NCBI RefSeq assembly: GCF_900289195.1
Contig: NZ_OMOH01000002.1
Coordinates: forward strand, 31,206-63,205
DNA: 32,000 bases
Reading direction: 5' to 3'
Source of the DNA: Propionibacterium ruminifibrarum
GTDB taxonomy: Bacteria > Actinomycetota > Actinomycetes > Propionibacteriales > Propionibacteriaceae
The notes beneath the pieces are model-generated. The model was given only the letters and a program-made list of their open reading frames with translations. It had not been told where the DNA came from and ran no database searches. Positions 25,740-32,000 of the stretch are shown here, in pieces. Each line of letters begins with the position of its first letter. Within the stretch, counting starts at the first letter, position 1. A program made the translations under genes and the position numbers.

Positions 25740-27027
25740 CGGTGTGCCTTTCCTCGCGCGACAGACAATGACGCCGGTACTCGCTCGGAGACATTCCGGT
25801 ACTCGCCCGGAAAACCCTGGAGAAATAATTCACCTGGCTGAAGTCGAGCTCAGCGGAAATCTTCTGAACCGGCATCTGCGTTGATGCTAACATCAGTTTC
25901 GCCCGCTCAACCCGGCGGCCGGTGACATACGACACAAAAGTGCACCCGGTGACGGATTTGAACAATTTCGACAGGTGCCCCGGCGACCAGTGCAGCGAAT
26001 TGGCGGCCTCCGTGAGTGAGATGGCCTGCTCGGGATGCCGGGCGATGTCGTTGAGCAGATCACCGATCTCGCGGTGCCGACGCGGGTGCTGGCGCTGGTA
26101 CTCGTCGAGAACCATGCAGATGAAACGCTCGGCGGCCAGCTGCGCCTCGTAACGGTCGACGTCTCCGCGCTGACGCTCCTGGACCATGAGCTGGCGCAGG
26201 TGGATGACGATGCGCGGTGAGCAGACCTTGGCGGCGGCGAGGATCATCTCGTCCAGGCGGGCTCGTCCCTCGCGGGTCTGGTCGAGGACACCGGGCGCGT
26301 ACGCCGCGTCGAGGACCGTCACGGCCTCGAGGAAGGCAGACTGCAGGTCCTCGCGGCGGATGGCGGCGGTGATCACCTCGGTGGGGTTGTGCCGCTGCAC
26401 CTCGGGAGCTCGTTCATCGGCTGCTGCGCTGCGGGCCTGCGGCACGAGGGACAGCGTCCGCTTGGCCGACTCATCGCCACGGTCGCTCTCCTCGATCGGG
26501 TCCTTGCGCGCGGCTGCAGTGTTGTGAAGAGCCAGGTCGACGATGTTGTGCAGACCGAGGAGAGTCGCGGCGGCCGCCTCGAGCCGGCGACGGCTCACCA
26601 CCGGGACCTGCTCGTAGAGCTCCTCGAGATGGGGGTCCCCGTGCCAGTCGGACTGGGCGAGAAGTGGCTCGGGCATCTCGCGCTCGGACATCCTGACCTG
26701 CCCGCAGAGGATGGCACCGACGTAGGCGTCGCCATCGGTGAGCGGGATCGAGAAGTCGACCAGGCCCGCGTGACAGCGGTAGATCTGAGGGGTGCCCTCG
26801 AGGAGGGCCTGCAGCCCGCCATGGGCGTCGCAGCCGTGACAGGCCTTGGAGCGGAGGGGGTCGGAGCGCATTGCCCGGCAGAACTCCGTGAAGGCGCACA
26901 GCTGCGTCACCGGGACACCCTGGGTGTCCACCGCGACCGTTGCCAACCCGGTGGCTCCGGAGAATCCCTCGAGGACTCTCTGCAGCTCTTCAGGATTGGG
27001 GCGTCTCGGCATCCGTGGCTGGGACAT
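25696..27027 (-). CDS. pocR: PocR-domain / AraC-family transcriptional regulator
   Basis: N-terminal PocR-type sensor with Cys/His motifs (FCRAMR...SKACHGCDAHGG...YRCHAGLVDFSIPL...GAILCGQV). The C-terminal AraC HTH pair is SLTEAANSLHWSPGHLSKLFK...KISAELDFSQVNYFSRVFRASTGMSPSEYRR. The ATG at 27027 has GGAGG 6 nt upstream. The TTG at 27057 is less likely. Confidence 0.85.
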   Translation of the reverse strand: MSQPRMPRRPNPEELQRVLEGFSGATGLATVAVDTQGVPVTQLCAFTEFCRAMRSDPLRSKACHGCDAHGGLQALLEGTPQIYRCHAGLVDFSIPLTDGDAYVGAILCGQVRMSEREMPEPLLAQSDWHGDPHLEELYEQVPVVSRRRLEAAAATLLGLHNIVDLALHNTAAARKDPIEESDRGDESAKRTLSLVPQARSAAADERAPEVQRHNPTEVITAAIRREDLQSAFLEAVTVLDAAYAPGVLDQTREGRARLDEMILAAAKVCSPRIVIHLRQLMVQERQRGDVDRYEAQLAAERFICMVLDEYQRQHPRRHREIGDLLNDIARHPEQAISLTEAANSLHWSPGHLSKLFKSVTGCTFVSYVTGRRVERAKLMLASTQMPVQKISAELDFSQVNYFSRVFRASTGMSPSEYRRHCLSREERHTGAAVPGSNKGRLRA

Positions 27028-27128
27028 CTGCGACCTCCGTGCCTCAGAGTAGCCCAAGTGAGAAGGTCAGAAAACACTGAAGGGGCCGTGCGAATGATCC
27101 CATCGCCGCCTCACCCGGACCCAAGCTC

Positions 27129-27911
27129 TCAGCCATGCGGGACCATCTGAAGTGCCCGCAGGCCGTGATCCATGTGCCATGTGGTGAAGGCCGAGACCAG
27201 ACCGGCGGTCCGGTACTCCACGTGGGCGTCGACCCCCCTGGTCGCCGGCCAGTCGCCGGCGCTGAGCGCGCTCATCAGTTCCCAGCAGGCCCGGTCGGGG
27301 CGGGCCGACCCGGGCGGACGGCAGGAGCTGCACACCATGCCGCCCGCCGCAGGGGCGAACCACTCGTGCGGGCCGCCCAACCCGCATCGTGCGCAGGAGT
27401 CCAGCACCGGCGCATAACCGGCGGCCGCCAGTGAGCGCAGCAGGTAGGAGCTGAGGACCATGGAGGCGGGCCGGGGCCCGTCGCTCGTCCCCTGGCCCAG
27501 GACGCGCAGAGCACCCTGGAGCAGCAGGTACTGGCGCTGTGAGGGCTCGTTCTCGACGGCCATGAGCCGGTCGGCGACCTCGAGCATCGTCTCACCGCTG
27601 GTGTACAGGGCGAAGTCCGCGACGAGGGCGTCACCGTAGTGGTGCAGCGACTCGACCTGGGTGACCACGTCGAGGCTGCGCCCGACCGCCAGCTGGACGT
27701 CGACGTGGCTGAAGGGTTCGAGTCGCCCGCCGAACTTGCTGGAGGTGCGCCTCACCCCCCTGGCCACGGCACGCACCTTGCCGTGTCGTCTGCACAACAA
27801 CGTGATGATGCGGTCGGCCTCACCCAGCTTGTGGGTTCTCAGCACGATGGCTTCATCACGATACGTGGGCACTGCCCCATTGTGCCGCTGCCCCCGCCCC
27901 GGTTCCGGCAA
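27129..27911 (-). CDS. recO: DNA repair protein RecO
   Basis: YRDEAIVLRTHKLGEADRIITLL...GKVRAVARGVRR..SKFGGRLEPF is the OB-fold N-terminus. The zinc motif is CARCG...CSSC. The true start may be the GTG at 27872. Confidence 0.9.
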   Translation of the reverse strand: MPEPGRGQRHNGAVPTYRDEAIVLRTHKLGEADRIITLLCRRHGKVRAVARGVRRTSSKFGGRLEPFSHVDVQLAVGRSLDVVTQVESLHHYGDALVADFALYTSGETMLEVADRLMAVENEPSQRQYLLLQGALRVLGQGTSDGPRPASMVLSSYLLRSLAAAGYAPVLDSCARCGLGGPHEWFAPAAGGMVCSSCRPPGSARPDRACWELMSALSAGDWPATRGVDAHVEYRTAGLVSAFTTWHMDHGLRALQMVPHG

Positions 27912-27968
27912 CCGGGCCGGCCCGCATGTTCAGGCAGCAGCGAACGCCCCCGCCGCTAGTGTGGTGCC

Positions 27969-28751
27969 GTGAACGCATCGTCCCATCGTCCGGCGCGCCG
28001 GCCCGATCCGCATCCGAGCGGCGCCGAGCCGCCGCAGATTCCCGCCGAACTGGTCCCACGCCACGTGGCGATCGTCATGGACGGCAACGGACGCTGGGCG
28101 AAGGCCCGCGGCATGGCCCGGACGAAGGGCCACGAGGTGGGCGAGAAGGTGCTCATCGAGGTGTTGCAGGGCGCCATCGAGATGGGGATCGGCACGCTGT
28201 CGGTGTACGCCTTCAGCACCGAGAACTGGCGGCGCTCCCCCGAGGAGGTCCGCTTCCTCATGGGTTTCAGCCGCCGCATGATCCACACCCACCGCGACTT
28301 CATGGACGAGCTGGGCGTGCAGGTGCTCTGGGCGGGGCGCAAACCCAAGTTGTGGACGAGCGTGCTGCACGAGCTGCAGGCCGCCGAGGACCAGACCCGG
28401 GGCAACACCGTGATCAACCTCCAGCTGTGCCTCAACTATGGCGGACGCGCCGAGATCGCCGACGCCATGGCGGCCATGGGCCGCGATGTTCGCGACGGCA
28501 GGCTCAACCCGGACCGGATCAATGAGCGGACGGTGCAGCGATACCTGTACCGCCCCGAGGTGGGCGACGTGGACCTGTTCATCCGCACCTCAGGGGAGCA
28601 GCGGACGAGCAACTTCCTGCTGTGGCAGAGCGCCTACGCCGAGCTGTTTTTCAGCGACAAGCTCTGGCCCGACTGGGACCGCCGTGACCTGTGGGCCGCC
28701 GTCGAGCAGTACGCCCGTCGCGACCGCCGATTCGGCGGAGCCCAGGTCTGA
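27969..28751 (+). CDS. uppS: Isoprenyl (undecaprenyl/decaprenyl) diphosphate synthase UppS
   Basis: HVAIVMDGNGRWA, YAFSTENWRRSPEEV, RTSGEQRTSNFLLWQSAYAELFF and RRFGG are canonical cis-prenyltransferase motifs. Confidence 0.95.
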   Translation: MNASSHRPARRPDPHPSGAEPPQIPAELVPRHVAIVMDGNGRWAKARGMARTKGHEVGEKVLIEVLQGAIEMGIGTLSVYAFSTENWRRSPEEVRFLMGFSRRMIHTHRDFMDELGVQVLWAGRKPKLWTSVLHELQAAEDQTRGNTVINLQLCLNYGGRAEIADAMAAMGRDVRDGRLNPDRINERTVQRYLYRPEVGDVDLFIRTSGEQRTSNFLLWQSAYAELFFSDKLWPDWDRRDLWAAVEQYARRDRRFGGAQV

Positions 28752-28765
28752 GGCGCGGCCCCACG

Positions 28766-29794
28766 ATGGCTGCGAACCTGCGCCAGATCGCCCTCGAGTG
28801 CGGTGTGGCGGTATCCACGGTCTCACGTGCCCTCAACGGGCACCCGCACATCAACGAGGAGACGCGCCAGCGGATCAGGGAGACCGCCGATCGCCTTGGA
28901 TATCGCCCTTCGGTGGCCGCCAGGGCCCTGAGAGGTTCGGGCACTCGGGCCGTCGGCGTCGTACTGCCCGACATGATGAACGTCTTCTACGCCCGGACGA
29001 TCTCCATGGTGCAGGATCAGCTCGAGGAGCGGGGATACAGCGTCGTCATGGCAGTGACGAATAACGAGGGCAGGCGCGAGCGGACCGGCATCGAACGCCT
29101 CGTCGCCGGCGGGGTCGACGGCATCATCATCGTCCCGACCCTGACCCGCACGCCTCCGATGCCCGAGGGAGTGCCGCTCGTCGAGGTGAACCGGCGATCG
29201 AGCAGACGTGTTGACTGGGTGGGCTACGACGAGAAAGAAGGCGCCCGCACACTGGTCTCGCACCTGATCGAGGCAGGACACCGAAGCATCGCCTTCATCG
29301 GTGGCCAGCCCTCCTTCAGCACGACCCGTCGCCGGGTGGAGGGCTATCGACAGGCCCTCGCAGCAGTCGGCGTGGAGCCCCTGCCCGAATGGTTGCAGTT
29401 GTCCACGTACTCGCCGAGCTGGGGCGCCGAGGCACTCGATCGCCTTCTGGCGCTGCCCGAACCGCCCACAGCGGTCTGCGCGTCGTCAAGCGAGCTGGTC
29501 CTGGGGCTGCTGACCGAGGCCAGACGGCGGGGACTCCGGCTACCACGGGACATGTCGTTCGTCGCCTTCGGGAACACGGACTGGTTCGCTGTGACGAGCC
29601 CCAGCGTGACCGCGTATGAACAGCCGATCGAGCAGGTGACGCACATCGCAGTGCAGCTGCTGGCCGACCGCATGGCGGGCTCGACGGCCGACCCGACCAG
29701 GGTACTGGTCGAAGGCCGAGTGATCGGACGCGACAGCGTCATGACCACGCCGACACACTCATCACGCCAGGGCTCGAACCGGTCCAGCGGCTGA
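28766..29794 (+). CDS. LacI-family transcriptional regulator
   Basis: MAANLRQIALECGVAVSTVSRALNGHPHINEETRQRIRETADRLGYRPSVAARALR is the LacI HTH plus hinge, followed by a periplasmic-binding-protein-like sugar-binding fold. The internal ATG at 28766 was chosen over the longer ORF. Confidence 0.9.
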   Translation: MAANLRQIALECGVAVSTVSRALNGHPHINEETRQRIRETADRLGYRPSVAARALRGSGTRAVGVVLPDMMNVFYARTISMVQDQLEERGYSVVMAVTNNEGRRERTGIERLVAGGVDGIIIVPTLTRTPPMPEGVPLVEVNRRSSRRVDWVGYDEKEGARTLVSHLIEAGHRSIAFIGGQPSFSTTRRRVEGYRQALAAVGVEPLPEWLQLSTYSPSWGAEALDRLLALPEPPTAVCASSSELVLGLLTEARRRGLRLPRDMSFVAFGNTDWFAVTSPSVTAYEQPIEQVTHIAVQLLADRMAGSTADPTRVLVEGRVIGRDSVMTTPTHSSRQGSNRSSG

Positions 29795-29842
29795 TCCGGG
29801 TTCCTCCCGAGACCGGGACGCCGTCCTTGTGCGCAACACATC

Positions 29843-29856
29843 TGCAAACGATTCCA
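29843..29856. promoter_or_regulatory. LacI-type operator half-palindrome match, site 1
   Basis: TGCAAACGATTCCA fits the generic LacI/GalR-family pattern TGnAAnCGnTTnCA at all 10 constrained positions. Confidence 0.5.
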
Positions 29857-29908
29857 TATTTTGGTTCCCTATCCCCTTGATTCGAGCAGAAATACGCTGC
29901 TTTCATCA

Positions 29909-29922
29909 TGCAAGCGTTTCCA
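29909..29922. promoter_or_regulatory. LacI-type operator, site 2; it ends 22 nt upstream of the lyase ATG
   Basis: TGCAAGCGTTTCCA fits TGnAAnCGnTTnCA at all constrained positions. It is 66 bp centre-to-centre from site 1. Confidence 0.5.
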
Positions 29923-29944
29923 ATCAATGAGGAAAGGTACGCAA

Positions 29945-31333
29945 ATGTCCCAGCTTGTTCCCTTCTCCCTCCTCTGGCAGAACGCGGCGGACCGTGTTCA
30001 AACCGACATCTTCAGCGAGGACTCCTGCATCGAGTCATGGCTGTGCGTCGAACGGGCACTGGCCACGGCACAGGCCTCGCTGGGCGTCATCGAACAGTCC
30101 GACGCCGAGGCCATCGTCCGAGCGGCCCGGATCGAGAACATTGACCGCGATCAGTTGTGGGAGGACGCCAAGAACGTCGGGTATCCCATCCTCGGGCTGG
30201 TCCGTCAGATCTCGGCCCACTGCCCCGCGGGCCCCGACGGGCGGGTGCACTACGGCGCGACAACACAGGACATCATGGACACCGGCCTGGCGCTCCAGAT
30301 GTCCCGCTCTCTGGTGGCCCTGGACGCCCAGCTCCAGCGGCTGGGGGATGCTCTCGCCCGACACGTCGCTGAGCACGCCCGCACCGTCATGCCCGGCCGC
30401 ACTCATGCCCAGCAGGCCGTACCGACGACCTTCGGTGCGACACTGGCCACCCTGCTCGGTCAGGTCCAGCGGCAGCGTGTCCGGCTGCAGCAGGCTCAGG
30501 AACGGATCGCTGTCGTGTCACTCTTCGGTGCGGGCGGAACCAATGCAGCCGAGGGGCCGCGGTCCGTCGAGATCCGCACCCGGATGGCCGCCGAGCTCGG
30601 CCTGGCTGACACGGCCGTGCCCTGGCACGTCGATCGCGACGTGCTCAGCGAGTACGGCTGGGTCTGCGCCGCCATCTGCGGTAGCTGCGCCAAGTTCGGA
30701 CGGAACATCGTTGATCTGTCGCGCACCGAGGTCGGCGAGGTCTTCGAACCCTTCAACAGCCATCGCGGCGCCTCGTCCACCATGCCGCAGAAGGTCAACC
30801 CGATCAGCTCGGAACTCATGATCGGCATCGGCGCGGTCGCCGGATCGCTGACCTCGGGCCTGGTCAGGATCCAGGAGGCCGGTCATGAACGGGCAGCCGG
30901 TGAGTGGCAGGCCGAGTGGTTCCTCGTCCCCACCCTGGGTTGCCTGGCGGGGGCCGCTCTCGGTGAGGCCATCGTCGTTGCCGAAGGCCTGCGGGTGGAC
31001 CCGCAGCGGATGTTAGACAATCTGGATCTTGATGGCGGGCTGATCATGGCCGAGGCGATGATGATCCAGCTGGCGCCCGCGATGGGCCGTGAGCACGCCC
31101 ATGACTTGGTGTACGAGGCGGCCGAGCGGGCACGGGCACAAAAGCGGACGCTGCACGAGATCATGCCGGTCGTTGCGGCCGAGCAGGGCAAGTCCGAACT
31201 TCTGCCCGAGCATCTGATCAGACCGGCCGAGTACGTCGGCGAGGCCGAGCACACCGTCGCGACCGCCATCAGTCAGTGGGAGTCCACGCGTCCCCTGCCC
31301 GAACCCCCGGCGATCACGGATCTGAGCAGGTGA
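29945..31333 (+). CDS. Fumarate-lyase superfamily enzyme (adenylosuccinate lyase / 3-carboxymuconate cycloisomerase-like), substrate unknown
   Basis: The signature loop GASSTMPQKVNP (SSxMPxKxNP) and the motifs YGATTQDIMDTG and GRTHAQQAVPTTFG are present. The ATG at 29945 is preceded by GAGGAAAGG. Confidence 0.8.
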   Translation: MSQLVPFSLLWQNAADRVQTDIFSEDSCIESWLCVERALATAQASLGVIEQSDAEAIVRAARIENIDRDQLWEDAKNVGYPILGLVRQISAHCPAGPDGRVHYGATTQDIMDTGLALQMSRSLVALDAQLQRLGDALARHVAEHARTVMPGRTHAQQAVPTTFGATLATLLGQVQRQRVRLQQAQERIAVVSLFGAGGTNAAEGPRSVEIRTRMAAELGLADTAVPWHVDRDVLSEYGWVCAAICGSCAKFGRNIVDLSRTEVGEVFEPFNSHRGASSTMPQKVNPISSELMIGIGAVAGSLTSGLVRIQEAGHERAAGEWQAEWFLVPTLGCLAGAALGEAIVVAEGLRVDPQRMLDNLDLDGGLIMAEAMMIQLAPAMGREHAHDLVYEAAERARAQKRTLHEIMPVVAAEQGKSELLPEHLIRPAEYVGEAEHTVATAISQWESTRPLPEPPAITDLSR

Positions 31334-31338
31334 ATGCC

Positions 31339-32000
31339 ATGACCGCATCAGTCTCACCGCAGGCGGACCAACAACAGCAGGCCGTCGAGCAGATGGGCGG
31401 TCTGCACCCCGTGTCCCTCCTGCGCATCCTGGTCCCGCTCGTCGTCGGTGCCGTGATCTGGTTCATCCCGCCGCCCGGCGGGGTCACGGCCCAGGCCTGG
31501 CACATGCTCGCGATCTTCCTGGCCACCATCGTGGGGATCATCGCAAAACCCCTGCCCATGGGCGCGGTGACCATCATCGGCACCGTCGTGTGCGTCCTCA
31601 CCGGCGTCGTTCCGCTGACTGCCGAGAACGCCGGGGACCCAACGGCCCTGATGGGCTTCGCCAACTCCACCATCTGGCTCATCGTGATGGCGTTCCTCAT
31701 CTCGAGGGGCTTCATCAAGACCGGGCTCGGGCGGCGGATCGCGCTCTTCTTCGTCTCGAAGATCGGCGGCCGGATGCTGGGGGTCAGCTACGGTCTGGCC
31801 CTGGCCGACCTGGTCCTGGCCCCCGCGATCCCCTCGGCAACGGCCCGCGGTGGCGGCATCATGGCGCCGATCATGCGCTCGGTGGCGCTCACCTACGACT
31901 CCACTCCGGGGCCGACAGCCCGCCGCGCTGGAGCCTTCCTCGCGATCAACGTCGGTCAGGTGAATGCGATCACCTGTGCCATGTTCATGACGGCGATGGC
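31339..32000 (+). CDS. DASS-family (divalent anion:Na+ symporter, CitT/TtdT-like) anion transporter; 5' part, runs off the window
   Basis: I translated the open frame from the ATG at 31339. It reads MTASVSPQADQQQQAVEQMGGLHPVSLLRILVPLVVGAVIWFIPPPGGVTAQAWHMLAIFLATIVGIIAKPLPMGAV...ISRGFIKTGLGRRIALFFV...APAIPSATARGGGIMAPI. The AW..LAIF..TI.G.I..P.P and PS.TARGGG..PI motifs are characteristic of DASS. The ORF is absent from the track because no stop occurs in the window. Confidence 0.8.
   Translation, partial: MTASVSPQADQQQQAVEQMGGLHPVSLLRILVPLVVGAVIWFIPPPGGVTAQAWHMLAIFLATIVGIIAKPLPMGAVTIIGTVVCVLTGVVPLTAENAGDPTALMGFANSTIWLIVMAFLISRGFIKTGLGRRIALFFVSKIGGRMLGVSYGLALADLVLAPAIPSATARGGGIMAPIMRSVALTYDSTPGPTARRAGAFLAINVGQVNAITCAMFMTAM

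Overview
High-GC (Actinobacteria-like, by inference) chromosomal window. About 25 kb of it is a bacterial microcompartment (BMC) superlocus. A 14-gene propanediol-utilization operon runs on the minus strand from 23309 to 11565: pduA-B-C-D-E-G-H-K-J-eutJ-pduM-N-O-P. After one hairpin and a ~620-nt leader comes a co-directional 8-gene ethanolamine module from 10940 to 2304: eutA-B-C-L-E-(eutM-like)-Q-H. pduU-pduV are transcribed divergently from pduA. A pocR-pduQ pair closes the right side. The flanks are a C-terminally truncated tyrosine-recombinase remnant and an MFS transporter on the left. On the right are recO, uppS and a LacI-regulated operon (fumarate-lyase-superfamily enzyme plus DASS anion transporter). 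No rRNA, tRNA or CRISPR was seen. The points most worth a second look: (1) the fused EUT+PDU locus has only one vertex gene, one adenosyltransferase, one alcohol dehydrogenase and one regulator. (2) No phosphotransacylase (pduL or eutD) is present. (3) Two BMC-H shell proteins carry long disordered extensions with basic patches. (4) The encapsulation-peptide-like helices fall into two sequence classes, and EutE carries its helix at the C-terminus. (5) The eut leader is long and structured, with motifs I could not resolve. Gene starts were refined by eye from SD motifs and ATGA/TGATG stop-start overlaps. No database search was possible.
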